Shown: piece after piece, positions 43,043 to 56,295 of the stretch
Layout of the letters: every line of letters starts with the position of its first letter
How positions within the stretch are numbered: position 1 is the first letter of the stretch
Source: Eledone cirrhosa
Taxonomy: Eukaryota
Length of the DNA: 64,000 nucleotides
Direction: 5' to 3'
Assembly (NCBI GenBank): GCA_964016885.1
Contig: OZ024741.1
Span: forward strand, 318,680,001 to 318,744,000
Made by a program: the position numbers and the translations under genes
The notes under the pieces: generated by a model
Databases searched by the model: none
Told to the model about the DNA's origin: nothing
The model's input: only the letters and a program-made list of their open reading frames with translations

Positions 43043-43619
43043 TAAAATAACAGATTAAAGTTTAAGCAAAGAATCGCTGCTTTCACCCTTAACGGGATCT
43101 TCTGAAACTAACAAAGTCAATCTGTAAACGCAGAACTGGATATTTCAAAAAACGTTGCAACCGGAGGAAGACAGGAAGACGATACTTTGGTTCATGGTGA
43201 CGTTCGCTGGCAAAGAACGGGAAAAAACGAATAATACGTCATTAATAGGAGCGGTGAAAAACAATTACGCGCAAAGACAGAACCACGTTTATGGTATAAA
43301 AGAGGTCGTAGACTAATGTTCTCTTAGGTGGTGCATAGAGACGTTTTCCCGTTCTTTGCCAGCGAACGTTTCCACGAACCAAAGTATCGTCTTCCTGTCT
43401 TCCTCCGGTTGCAACGTTTTTTGAAATATCCAGTTCTGCGTTTACAGATTGACTTTGTTAGTTTCAGAAGATCCCGTTAAGGGTGAAAGCAGCGATTCTT
43501 TGCTTAAACTTTAATCTGTTATTTTAATAAATATTTGCTCTACGGTTCTTATATATTTGATATATATTTTCCTTATCGAGCCCTCTTTGGATTTTAGTCT
43601 TCAATTTTATTATTATTAC

Positions 43620-43621
<2 letters not shown>
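43035..43621. mobile_element. Inverted pLTR-like pair, family G (~191-bp arms 43035-43225 / 43344-43534, right arm extended to 43621)
   Basis: Near-perfect inverted arms; terminus ATCGAGCCCTCTTTGGATTTTAGTCTTC..ATTACTA-(TA)n also at 25093-25139(+) and 26764-26918(-); fragment at 62205-62252. Confidence 0.82.
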
Positions 43622-43702
<81 letters not shown>

Positions 43703-43706
<4 letters not shown>

Positions 43707-43901
43707 CGACTTTTGTCAAATCGGACCGAGGAAACAATGTTTTCGTCACTCTTTCCAGTTGCTAGTACTATCTATCTGTCGCAACTCCAGGTTGAAATAA
43801 GGTGTCTTGCTCAAGGACATAATGCATCGCCCGGTCCAGGAATCGAACTCACAACCTCAAGATTGTGAATCCAATTCTCTAACCACTCAGCCATACGCCC
43901 T
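43703..43901 (-). mobile_element. tRNA-derived SINE (family 2 head with distinct tail)
   Basis: Reverse complement has TGGCTGAGTGGTTAG (A box), GTTCGATTCC (B box) and TCCTTGAGCAAGACAC; same composite on + at 53127-53338. Confidence 0.82.
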
Positions 43902-43910
43902 CACACACAC

Positions 43911-43981
<71 letters not shown>

Positions 43982-44345
43982 TGATTTATCGTTATTACTA
44001 TAAGTGTTATTACAGTTCTTTTCTGCCTTTGGAACTCTCACATTTCCCAATAAATCCACACACACACACTCACACATACACACACACACATATATAGATA
44101 TATATATATATATTGCTTCATGCGTAATTATTATTTTTAACACAATAGGATTTTGTACACATGCTTGTTTGAAAAGTCTTTCAAGGCAGTATGAAACATA
44201 GGCTTTTGTATTGTTTATTATAATAAATTATTATATTTTGAGCTGTTTTAACTTCTCCGCCTACCTCGTTCCAATTTTATATATTGTTTTTGTAAAAAAC
44301 GATATTATTTATATATATATATATAGATATAGATATATATATATA

Positions 44346-44635
<290 letters not shown>

Positions 44636-44739
44636 TTCGCAAGAGATGTCAACATGAATGGACCTGTTATTTTTATCTAAAGACATTTTTTCCAATTCCA
44701 CCCCGCCCGTCCCTTCAATCTATTTTATTTCTCATTCTT

Positions 44740-44775
44740 TCTTCTGATAAAGGACCAGCGTCCGAAACGTTAAGA
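44740..44775 (+). ncRNA. Degenerate ultra-minimal hammerhead
   Basis: UCUU CUGAUaA A GGAC-cagc-GUCC GAAA CG UU^ AAGA; G8A substitution. Confidence 0.55.
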
Positions 44776-44850
44776 TCCTCTTCCTGCTATATCAAGCGTT
44801 AACCTAATATATACCTTCCATATTCTGTACCGATTGTGTTGTTATTTCTG

Positions 44851-45054
44851 TAACAACAACGCCCAAACAAACAATACTGACTTAAGAGAAATATAAATAA
44901 ATAAATAGATAAATAAATAAATATATACACAAGCACAATAACAACAAACACATATAAGCACACACTAGTAAACTAAGATAGAATACAATCAGCAAAACTC
45001 AGTCACCCAAACGCGAACACACACACCAAACACTATACACAGAGAAGACAAAAA

Positions 45055-45085
<31 letters not shown>

Positions 45086-45376
45086 ATAGATAAAATAAAG
45101 ATGGCGTAGATATACAATACAACAGGAGGAACATGATAGCACCACTGACGATGTTGCAGATGTGCAACGAAAGAACTTTGTTAGACTATATATATGTGTT
45201 TATATCTATATTGTATCTGTATTTTTGACCGTTGGTCAGTCGATGGTAAACATTGAGGACCGAATGAATTAACTGATATAAAAGATACAGAAGCGAAAAC
45301 CAACCAGTGAGTGTGTTCTGTTATTAATTCTGTCAATATTATTACAACAATATGACCCTCCCCAAGTATAACAATA
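44851..45376 (+). mobile_element. Solo pLTR of the Penelope-like family at 33826-36396
   Basis: Colinear with 35803-36396 and ends at the same ATGACCCTCCCCAAGTATAACAATAT-(TA)n. Confidence 0.9.
45141..45182 (+). ncRNA. Hammerhead family B, intact core, weak stem I
   Basis: ACCA CUGACGA U GUUGCA-gaug-UGCAAC GAAA GAAC UU^ UGUU. Confidence 0.72.
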
Positions 45377-45540
45377 TATATGTATATTCATTGTCTGCGC
45401 TACTGGGACCGGGCAGGCCACAAATCTAAAAAGAACTAGATGCGGCGTGGATATATTAGTGAAAGTAGAGAATCTACCGCGAGCTCGGTGGTTTCGATTA
45501 GTTTCATCGATTAGAGGTCGTTAGGTCATCTACTTTCACT

Positions 45541-45610
<70 letters not shown>

Positions 45611-45667
45611 ATATATATACAATATATATAGAAAGAGTCCTCGGAAGCGGCGATGAAGAATGCCGGG

Positions 45668-48600
45668 TTTGAAATCTACTGTCTCATCTATCAGCCCGGT
45701 ATTCTTCATCGCCGCTTCAGAGGACCCTTTCCAGTCGCTTCTAAATTCCTTCCCGGAATTGACAAATTTGAATGTTGTGGTGAGCAAGCCTACTCACTCC
45801 ACAAAACATCGAGACTTCTGGCGCTCCTGTATTTTCACGCCCTCGCCGCCTCCCTGCGGAGAAATTGAAAGCGGCGAAGGCTGAATTTAACCTCATGCTA
45901 CAGCTGGGGATCACACACCCTTCCTCCAGTCCGTGGGCCTCTCCTTTGCATTTGGTTCCAAAGCGTTCCGGCGATTGGCGCCCGACTGGGGACTTTCGCC
46001 GGTTAAACGCGATGACGGTACCCGATCGCTACCCGATCCCACACATTCAGGATTTTGCTTCTTCCTTGCATGGATGCACAGTTTTTTCTAAACTGGATTT
46101 AGTCAGAGCGTATCATCAGATGCCACTTAATCCAGCTGATATTCCGAAGACTGATATCACTACACCCTTTGGTGCTTTGGAGTTCCTAACGATGCCCTTT
46201 GGCCTACGCAATGCCGCTAGTACCTTTCAACGCTTCATGGACGAAATCACCAGAGACCTGGATTTTGTTTACTACTATATAGACGACGTACTCATTGCTA
46301 GCACATCTCCAGAGGAACATGTTAAACACCTTCGTTCGTTATTTCAACGGTTTAAGAAGTACCAAGTTCGCATTAACCCCGCGAAGTGTATATTTGGTGC
46401 GTCTTCGCTAGTTTTTCTAGGACATATCACCTCCACCGGATAAAGTGAAAGCTCTTCAGGAATTACCTCCTCCTATATCATTACGTCAATTACGTCAGTT
46501 CTTGGGACTGATAAATTATTACCGTCGATTTATTCCACATTGTGCTGAGCGCATAGCACCTCTTTCTGAACTGTTGCGGAATCGAAAAAAGAAAAACGAA
46601 TCTATTTCTTTAGACCCTTCTCAACTCGAAGCTTATTCCAGAGTGAAACAGGAATTAGCTGATGTCACCCTGCTTGCACATCCTGTGCCTGATGCCCAGT
46701 TTTCAATGGTCGTTGATGCATCAGGCACAGCAGTAGGTGCAGTTTTGCAGCAGTACCACAACCAGAAGATGAAACCACTTTCATATGGTTCATCTTCTGG
46801 TTGTGGTACTCAAAGCGAAACCCGAAAGATATTCGCCACGTGAAACTCGACATTTAGATTATGTATCACAATTCACTAGTGATATACGCCATATTCCTGG
46901 ATCACAGAATTTAGCGGCAGATGCATTATCTCGTTTACCTGTCAACTCACTATCGACAAAAACGGATATTGATCTACGTTTGCTCGCTGCTGACTAGTCT
47001 GCTTTGGACGAATTGGATTTATCTGCAACCGAATTTGCGACGTGCCAATTCTAACAATTACCTGAACACAATTCTGACACAAGCATCCTGTGTGACATAT
47101 TGACTGATTCGCCTCGACCCTTCGTTCCGGAACTTCATCGGCGAACAGTTTTCGACATGTTACACAACCTCTCACACCCTGGAATCCATTCATCAGTGAA
47201 ACTCATTACGGCCAGATTCTTTTGGCCAAATATGAGACGAGATATCACTGCATGGTCTCGTCCCTGCGTACCTTGCCTGAAATCTAAGGTGCACAAACAC
47301 ATTCGAGCACCTCTGGGCACATTCAACACTCCTGATGCCCGCTTTGACCATATCCATATCGACCTAGTTGGACCTTGGCCGGTCAGTCATGGATATACAT
47401 ATCTTCTTACGTGTATCGACCGTTTTACACGTTGGCCTGAAGCCATTCCTCTCGAAGAGATTTCAGCAGAATCGGTAGCACGAGCTCTGATGTCTGGCTG
47501 GATTTCGCGATACGGTATCCCTTCCACGATCACCACTGGCCGTGGCGGACAATTTGAATCACATCTCTTCCATGAACTTTCTAAAATCTTAGGGATACGT
47601 CGGATTAGAACTATTAGTTACCACCCGGCATCAAATGGCATGATAGAGCGCTTTCGTCGCCAATTAAAAGCAGCATTGCGTGCTTATCCCGACCAGCAAA
47701 AATGGAGTGAATATCTACCAATTGTTCTTCTTGGCTGGCGCGCGGTGGTCAGGGAGGATCTCGGATATTCCCCAGCGGGATTGCTGTACGGAACACCTTT
47801 CTCATTGCCGGGACAGATGTTAGTCCCAGTCGACGCATCGCTGAAAGATCCGACGTTATATATTAACCGTTTGCGATCATATTTCAACGATCTTCCGCCT
47901 ATGGGAACACGTCAACAGATGATTAAATCTTCGGTTCCTAAAAACATTACTTCTTGGACTCACGTTTTTCTACGTAAAGACTCAGTGAAAGGACCACTTG
48001 TGCCACTCTATACAGGACCATACCGTGTCCTGGCAAAAACGGACAAACTTTTTACCATAGACATTTGTGGTAGGAAACACAGTTTCTGTAGATAGGATTA
48101 AACAGGCCTTTACAGACGCTCCACCAGTTGAACCCCATACAAACCCCACATACAATACATTGCATGTTGAACCTTCACAAGCATACTCACCCACAACATC
48201 ACACACACCTTCATTACCTTCACCCACATGTGTTACGACGACTTGTAGTGGTCGTAGAGTACATTGGCCTCAGAGGTTGAGTAAAACAATCTATATATGA
48301 ACTGTGATATTGTTCAAACTTTTGACTCTTATGTAAACAATTACTTTTGCTTGTTCAATTATGTTATGTTTCATTTTTCTTGGTTGTATTCATGCATGTA
48401 TCTTTTCTCGTGGTACCTGATGATTTTATATTGTTTGATGTCATGTAGACATATTGCATAGTTAGCACTACTCATGTATTGATATCGATCTTCGATCTAA
48501 ACGGAGGGTACTGTAGTGAACAGAATTATTATATATTTTCCTTTGTGATTAAATGTATTTTCCTTTGGCGGAAGAATGGTGTCATAGAGGTGAATTGGCT

Positions 48601-48883
48601 GAAGTAGCCAATCAGGGCCCTCAGCGGATCGAGACAAGTTGCGGGACTACTTGGACCAGAGACACAGTTGGCTGACAGGCAGAGAGACACAGAGAGAGTT
48701 CACTGAACGACCAGCATCAAGACGTCCATGTAGCCAACACGATGTGAAGACTTGCTCAATCTTCTCTTGTTATTTTCGCTTCCATATTTGTACAACAAAT
48801 AAAGGGAATTTTTGATATAACGGATTATGTCGTTTTTGTCATTGCCTTTTGAATAGATAAATATATATATCTCCAGCGACACA
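45668..48883 (+). mobile_element. 5'-truncated Gypsy/Ty3 LTR retrotransposon (RT, partial RNase H, integrase, PPT, 3' LTR)
   Basis: [42 protein letters not shown]; VDAS..AVGAVL; HHCC HNLSHPG..CVPC; HIDLVGP, IDRFTRW, NGMIERF, GPY; PPT ACGGAGGG 48501-48508; frameshifts and stops. Confidence 0.93.
48512..48883 (+). repeat. Gypsy 3' LTR
   Basis: TGT...ACA termini directly after the PPT; CCAAT at about 48609; AATAAA 48798-48803. Confidence 0.75.
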
Positions 48884-48891
48884 TAATCTTC

Positions 48892-48950
<59 letters not shown>

Positions 48951-48958
<8 letters not shown>

Positions 48959-49496
48959 ATACTTTGGGAGGGTCAAGTTGCAAATAAGAAACACACGCAC
49001 CAGTTGCTTTCACTTCAATTTATTATAAATTAAATTTATAAATTTAGGAATTTATAAATTTTCGGTTGGTTGGTTGGTTCCACAACCAGACGATTGTTCA
49101 TATATTGTCAAAGTTCTTTCGTCACACATTCTGTAACACCCGGATGTAACACATGCGCAAACTAAGCACACAACACACACACAAACAAGATGGCGTAGGA
49201 CAGAACAAAGGATAGGCACAAAAACAAAGAAAAGAATCCCAGTCACTGAAGAGGTCACAGAATGTGTGACGAAAGAACTTTGACAATATATGAACAATCG
49301 TCTGGTTGTGGAACCAACCAACCAATCGGAAATTTATAAATTCCTAAATTTATAAATTTAATTTATAATAAATTGAAGTGAAAGCAACTGGTGCGTGAGT
49401 TTCTTATTGGCAACATGACCCTCCCAAAGTATAACAATATCGGTTTCAACACACGTTTTCAGATAAAGAATCTTTCTAAACAAATTCAGAAACGAA

Positions 49497-49497
<1 letters not shown>
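48951..49497. mobile_element. Inverted pLTR pair of a Penelope-like family (184-bp arms 48951-49134 / 49257-49440, right arm with tail)
   Basis: Near-perfect inverted arms ending in ATGACCCTCCCAAAGTATAACAATAT, like the terminus of 33826-36396; tail reads [26 protein letters not shown]. Confidence 0.88.
49242..49284 (+). ncRNA. Minimal type I hammerhead, family B, intact core
   Basis: GUCA CUGAAGA G GUCACA-gaaug-UGUGAC GAAA GAAC UU^ UGAC. Confidence 0.8.
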
Positions 49498-49569
<72 letters not shown>

Positions 49570-50816
49570 GGTACAAATGAAAAAAAAATAATCGACATAA
49601 TGCGAAATTTTGACTAATTTTTGAATGCAAAAATAAGTCAAACTTTTTATATGTGCTTGTATATATATATATATATATGTGTGTATGTGTGTGTATGTAT
49701 ATGCTAAATCTTGCAATGAATACAGTAGTAAAATACATATTTTGCATATAACAGCATATTTAATGTATTTATGTATCCAGCACATTCGATAGATAAACAG
49801 TTATCAATGAAAACTACTGTAAAATCAAAATACTCGCCGCCACCGTGGCCATTTATATTTCTATCCACTACATAATATTATATCAGTCGATTGTGCAGTC
49901 ACCATTTAAGTGGTCAATTATTAGCGGAAACCCGACTAATAATTCATCATGTACAGTCGCTGACGGATCCACCATCTGACAAATGTTCTTAATGAATTAA
50001 CACATAGAACGCCGTGAAGGTGTGTGATTTAATGGTTGAAGGTCGTGAGTTCAATTCCCGAACCGGCTGGTGCTTTTGACTTTCAACAATGCACATAATT
50101 TCCACTTAACTGGCAAAAAATATAAGAACAATGAGTTGCGTATGTGATATAAACGTCCAGCTTTGTCATACACTGCGTCAAACTAAATCTCTCTGGGAAT
50201 GGGAAGTACGTTAATTTCACATCTAGGCTGTCCCGTTGATCCAACAACTGGAGCACCCCCCATCGGGGCATTAGCAAAGATCCTCTTGGTTACGGACCAG
50301 TCTGTTGAATCCAGAGAAATGATAACTCTGTTGGGATTTGAATAAAGAACACATTCCTTTGCCCCTTCTATTAGTTTCAGTCGATCAAATGAATTCCACT
50401 ACATTTTTCACTCTGGTATTCTCAGGAAGATTCAGCATAGCACGTTTGACAATGCCAGCCCCGTGAATTACAGACACAACTCATTTTTGCCAGCTGAGTG
50501 AACCGGAGAAACGTGAAATAAAGTGTCTTGCTCAAGGATTCAACGCACTGCCAGAATTCGGAACCATAACGTTACGATCAGGAGTCGAACACCGTAAGCA
50601 CAGAGTCACAGACCTTTAAAAACATGGGGAGCAAGGAGAGAGAGGGGTCGAGGGAGAGAGAGAAAAATTGTAGACGGTTAAGATTTGTTCAAATCAACGT
50701 CCAATAAACTCGATTGTCTGGTTAATGTGACCGTCTGGCATAAAACAGATACAGGCTTCGTTTCCCGTATACAGCTCCCTCCACTTTTTTCCATGTTATT
50801 TTTGCGTATGTAAATA

Positions 50817-50867
<51 letters not shown>

Positions 50868-51668
50868 CGATAGAAGGGCTATATATTTCTTAATTCTATA
50901 ACAATATTACACAACACATTGATTACTATTTGGTTTCCTACTTAAACAGGTGAAATTATATGCTATAATATATCTCTTACTTATTCTGTATTCGTCGGAC
51001 CATTCATATTTACATATGGCTGACTCCATATATATATATATATGTGCGCGTCTATGGTGTACGCGTGCGTCTGTGTAATGGTTGCACTTGAAATCTTTCC
51101 TGGGCGTCTTCATAGTAAAAATTTAATTTGAGAACATAAATATCACAGCCCTGGCGTAGTTAAACTTTAAATAGCGATATACTGTAAAGAATTATTGTAT
51201 GTTAATAGTCAAATATTTTACAATATTTGTCTATATGTCATATTTACAAAAGAGTTCGGTTTTAAATATGTAACTAGAGTAGATTAAAGTAAGAAAAACA
51301 AAACAAAAAGCAATTTACGCTTTTATCTTATATTTCTACATATTTCGAGGTTAGAACATTTTTCAAAAGAAAAGAAAAGGAGTGTGCTGATGACAATGAG
51401 CAGTGCCTTACTGCTCGGCGGCAACACCACACTCAATTTTTTTTCATTTAAAAAAGGATTCATAACGTCGAAATATAAAAAAATAACATAAAGTAAAAAT
51501 GTAAACTATTATTTTGCTTCATTTTTCTTCTCTAGATTTCACTCTGTATTTCTCATCTGCATTGTATCGGTATTCATAAAACAATTATAACCATATATTT
51601 CACAATGCTTCATATATAATAGATATGGAATATCTTCCATGTAATAAAATAAGATGGCAATAAAAAAG

Positions 51669-51767
51669 ACTTACCAAACTTAGAGCTCTATACACCGTGA
51701 ATTATAAAACGAAACCATTTTTACTTACCTGAAACGAATAAAAGAAATATATATATATATAATTAGT
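51669..51767 (-). promoter_or_regulatory. Candidate recursive splice site (YAG|GTAAGT) with 54-nt RS-exon 51728-51675
   Basis: Minus strand: ACTAAT..TTTCTTTTATTCGTTTCAG|GTAAGT..AGTTTG|GTAAGT; the exon has a stop codon in all three frames. Confidence 0.55.
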
Positions 51768-52023
51768 TTAGACAGAATTTAAATGATTAAATATGTTGTT
51801 TTGGCGGATGAGGATGAAGATGATGATGATGATGATGATGATAACGATGAGGAGGCAGATGAGGAGGAGGAGATGTAATTTTTCTTTGTTGTTTTTGTTA
51901 CTGCCTAAAATCAATAGAGATAAAGTGTTCAGAAAACTATGTGCATAAAAATATTTAATTATGTATTATTTAATGTGCAAGTAAGTGACAATTGGAGAAA
52001 TACATGCTCACATACATACACTA

Positions 52024-52108
<85 letters not shown>

Positions 52109-52154
52109 ATATATATACATAAATAAAGTATATATATATATATATATACATAAA

Positions 52155-52197
<43 letters not shown>

Positions 52198-52353
52198 ATA
52201 AAGTATATATATATATATATACAAAGGTTATATTTAATTTGTTGGAATTCAACAAACTTAAAAGTTTTATAACTGACATAAAGCATTTAACAAAATGCTG
52301 GAGTAAATATTCATTATATTAATAAATGGAAACTATATTTATAAAACCATAAT

Positions 52354-52419
52354 TATTTTATTATATATATTTCAAGGGCAACCAAGGCAAATTTTGGTGC
52401 GCTTTCATCAGATAAAATA
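52354..52419 (-). ncRNA. Type I hammerhead ribozyme, family A, intact core
   Basis: Exact reverse complement of 52466-52531. Confidence 0.88.
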
Positions 52420-52465
52420 AGGTTGTTCTTCAGCTGGTATGTCAACATTTATAAAACAAATTTTG

Positions 52466-52531
52466 TATTTTATCTGATGAAAGCGCACCAAAATTTGCCT
52501 TGGTTGCCCTTGAAATATATATAATAAAATA
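52466..52531 (+). ncRNA. Type I hammerhead ribozyme, family A, intact core
   Basis: UAUUUUAU CUGAUGA AAGCGCACCAA..UUGGUUGCCCUU GAAA UAUAUA UA^ AUAAAAUA; stem I extends via AUUUAUAAAAC / GUUUUAUAAAU. Confidence 0.9.
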
Positions 52532-52616
52532 ATTATGGTTTTATAAATATATTTTCCATTTCTCAATATAATGTATATATATATATATATATATATACAT
52601 GGAGATAAACAAGAGC

Positions 52617-52663
<47 letters not shown>

Positions 52664-52697
52664 CTCTTGTCTATCTCCATGCCTGTATGAGTTGAGT

Positions 52698-52750
52698 GAG
52701 TGTCACTGATGAGGGATTAACAGATCTTAAAACAGTACTGTCTGACATTC
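52698..52750 (+). ncRNA. Type I hammerhead with G12A mutation
   Basis: GAGUGUCA CUGAUGA GGGAU-uaacag-AUCUU aAAA CAGUACUG UC^ UGACAUUC; palindromic stem III; GUC triplet. Confidence 0.75.
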
Positions 52751-52900
52751 TCAAAACGTACTGACGTCTCTATGATATATTCACAGAAGAAAATAGAGAA
52801 AAATAATGTTTTTCTTTACGAAAAAATACTTTTCTTTGATAGCAGGGCTACCCATATGTAAATTATTTATAAACGTGTAATATATGATAATATATATGTT

Positions 52901-52979
52901 TTCATATACACTTCTATTATGCTTAAACGATGTCTTAGTGCAACTGCCAATTATATATATATACATACACATATATATA

Positions 52980-53015
<36 letters not shown>

Positions 53016-53102
53016 TATAGATATATGTGTGTGTATGTATATATATATATAATTGGCAGTTGCACTAAGACATCGTTTAAGCATAATAGAAGTGTATATG
53101 AA
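52901..53102. repeat. Perfect 52-bp inverted arms around a mixed microsatellite
   Basis: 52901-52952 is the reverse complement of 53051-53102; similar smaller case at 52598-52681. Confidence 0.93.
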
Positions 53103-53429
53103 GTGAAGGCGTGTGGCTGAGAGTGAAGGCGTGTGGCTGAGTGGTTAGAGAATTGGATTCGCAATCGTAAGGTTGTGAGTTCGATTCCTGGACCAGGTGA
53201 TGCGTTATGTCCTTGAGCAAGACACTTTATTTCACGTTGCTCCTTCTACCTGGAGTTGCGACCGATAGATAGTATTAGCAATTGAAAAGACCAACGGAAA
53301 CATTGTTCCCTCGGTCCGATTTGACGAAAGTCGATCGTTCCTCTATATATATATATATTTAAAAGTTAAACAAAGTACCATGACTGAATCTTAACCATCT
53401 ACTATGTCAGGGTATGTCATGCAACATCC

Positions 53430-53496
53430 TATTTTATCTGATGAGGACGTACTGTTAAACTTAACTCAGTACCTCTGAAATATGTATAATAAAATA
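53430..53496 (+). ncRNA. Type I hammerhead ribozyme, family A variant, intact core
   Basis: UAUUUUAU CUGAUGA GGACGUACUG..CAGUACCUCU GAAA U-AUGU-A UA^ AUAAAAUA. Confidence 0.87.
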
Positions 53497-53554
53497 TAAT
53501 TGATCACAAGAATATCTATTTTGTTAATATTTTGAATTTATATATATATATACA

Positions 53555-54110
53555 CTTAGAGTAGCCCGTCGTTGCCGAGCAATTTTCGCAATAGAATGTC
53601 TTTCTTCCATGTCTCCCCTGTGCCTCGTCCGTGCCTCGTCGCTCGTCGCTGTGAATTGACAATCGTCATAAAAGTTGTTTCTATGTAAATTTACTCAGTG
53701 GAGCTGTATGTGGAAGTGGTGCCAGTGGTTTATTGTGTACTTTAGCTTGAGCATCTTCATGTAAAGATAGGGTGACCTCTGTAAGAATAACTCTCTGCCT
53801 CATAAAGAAAACAATGCCCCCTGCTAGCGACATGGATGGACGGAATAATAAGGTCACGTTAAAGGAATGTATGAGACGATCGATAAAAGCCAGACTACTT
53901 AAATTGTCTCAGTAACAGAGATTTATAGTATTACTATTTTCTTTTATTCTTTTCGAAATTAAGAAACTCCAAGTGCCCCCAAAACCTTCTCCATGGGACG
54001 TAGATTTCGAAAATCAAATTTGTTTTTCTCTAGGATGTACTATTTTGGAGTCTTTCGGAGAAAACTCACATACACACATGCACTCTCAACTCATTAGGTA
54101 TAAAATATCA
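53555..54110 (-). mobile_element. Probable degraded non-autonomous Helitron
   Basis: Minus-strand 3' end CTCGGCAACGACGGG-CTACT-CTAAG resembles a hairpin+CTAG terminus; (CA)-rich subterminal 5' region. Confidence 0.45.
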
Positions 54111-54124
54111 TGCACTGTGTGTGT

Positions 54125-54170
<46 letters not shown>

Positions 54171-54175
<5 letters not shown>

Positions 54176-54590
54176 GGTAAGGAACCGGGTGGACCATAAC
54201 GCACCAAAGTACTCAATACTTAGGGTAGTAGAGTGGGAAATAGGAGTAAGTAAGACCCCGACGGCAGAGCTCAAGCCGTTTCGACGGCTAATTCTGTACT
54301 GAATTCAGTACTAATTTCAGTACAGAATTAGCCGTCGAAACGGCTTGAGCTCAGCCGTCGGGGTCTTACTTACTCCTATATATATATATATATATATATA
54401 TAAGGAAGGAAGAGTGGTAAGGAACCAGGTGGACCATAACGCACCAGAGTACTCAATACTTAGGGTAGTAGAGTGGGTAATAGGAAAATGTTTGACCCCG
54501 ACGGCAGAACTCAAGCCGTTTCGATGGCTATTTCTGTCCAGAAATAGCCATCGAAACGGCTTAAGCTCTGCCGTCGGGGTCAAACATTTT

Positions 54591-54594
<4 letters not shown>
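54171..54594. mobile_element. Two adjacent fold-back fragments of family F (54171-54379, 54401-54594)
   Basis: Each has a long minus-oriented arm and a short inverted arm, separated and flanked by (TA)n. Confidence 0.87.
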
Positions 54595-54873
<279 letters not shown>

Positions 54874-54989
54874 TATATATATGTATATATATATATATAT
54901 ATATATACATATATGTGTTTGTGCATAGAGCAATGAAGTCAGGCGTAGGTAGTTAGTTAGTTCATTGTTTTACCACAACCATGTGGCAC

Positions 54990-55015
<26 letters not shown>

Positions 55016-55020
<5 letters not shown>

Positions 55021-55945
55021 GTATGTATACGTACATACATATATGTATACAAACGTACAGTAGTATGTATATATATACATGCACACATATATATATATGT
55101 ACGTATGGATTTACCGAATATTTATTATAATGCTCGGTTTGTTTGTAGACAAACAGCCCAAATTATTAGCCGTACAGTGTTCGGCAACCATCGTTGCCAT
55201 TTTGTTCAACACTGACAAAGGAACGATGAACTAGTTTCTAGCTTATTAGCTGTCATCAGCACTGTATACCTTCCTGTCAGTGGATTGAACGTTTGAAAGT
55301 ATATACTTTCCTTATGCATATTAACGGCTGAGCAGCCTAATTTGCATATCGAGTGAGTTAGTCGGCCGGGCTTACCGAAAACGATAAATGGAAAAAATGA
55401 AATTTCATTTCTCACTCTTAGTACGGCTGATACTTAAATATAAGTATGTATACGTACATACATATATGTATACAGACGTACAGTAGTATGTATATATATA
55501 TATATACATACATGCACATATTTATATATGTACGTATGGGTTTACCGAACATTTATTATAATGCTCGATATGCAAATTAGGCTGCTCAGCCGTTAATATG
55601 CATAAGGAAAGTATATACTTTCAAACGTTCGATCGACTGACAGGAAGGTATACGGTGCTGATGACAGTTAATAAGCTAGTTCATCGTTCCTTTGTCAGTG
55701 TTCAACAAAATGGCAACGATGGTTGCCGAACACTGTACGGCTAATAATTCGGGCTGTTTATTTACAAACAAACCGAGCATTATAATAAATGTTCGGTAAA
55801 CCCATACGTATATATATATATGTGTGCATGTATGTATATATATATACATACTACTGTACGTTTGTATACATATATGTATGTACGTATACATACTTATATT
55901 TAAGTATCAGCCGTACTAAGAGTGAGAAATGAAATTTCATTTTTT

Positions 55946-55950
<5 letters not shown>
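55016..55950. mobile_element. Tandem plus inverted pLTR cluster (family H)
   Basis: 55016-55353 and 55388-55570 are partially tandem minus copies; 55566-55950 is an inverted plus copy; (TA)n flanks. Confidence 0.85.
55223..55265 (-). ncRNA. Minimal type I hammerhead, family H, intact core
   Basis: ACAGUG CUGAUGA cAGCU-aaua-AGCUa GAAA CUAG UU^ CAUCGU; stem I extension ACUGACA / UGUCAGU; plus copy 55652-55687 lost GAAA by deletion between CTAG repeats. Confidence 0.75.
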
Positions 55951-56003
<53 letters not shown>

Positions 56004-56177
56004 AAACTAACCCAGTAATTAATAAAAAGAAAAAAAAACAGTTCGCTTGCAGGCCAGCCAAAATGAAGTGGGCTTTCCATGGGATTATATAAATCATTAT
56101 AGCAACTCTACCTAAACATCCAAATATGCATTGAGTACTACCCTGATCTGTGGTCTTCTCGGTCTTTGAACGGTGAA

Positions 56178-56213
<36 letters not shown>

Positions 56214-56214
56214 A

Positions 56215-56295
<81 letters not shown>

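Noticed and set aside
43455-43505. Hammerhead-like CAGAAGA-uCCC..GGGu-GAAA in family G
   Set aside because: U4 is replaced in both arms and I could not form stem I or stem III convincingly
51806-51878. Acidic D/E-rich reading frame ending in TAA
   Set aside because: (GAT)n/(GAG)n low complexity without a supported splice acceptor or start
53127-53200. tRNA gene
   Set aside because: A and B boxes run on into a SINE body, copies are dispersed, and there is no full cloverleaf or terminator
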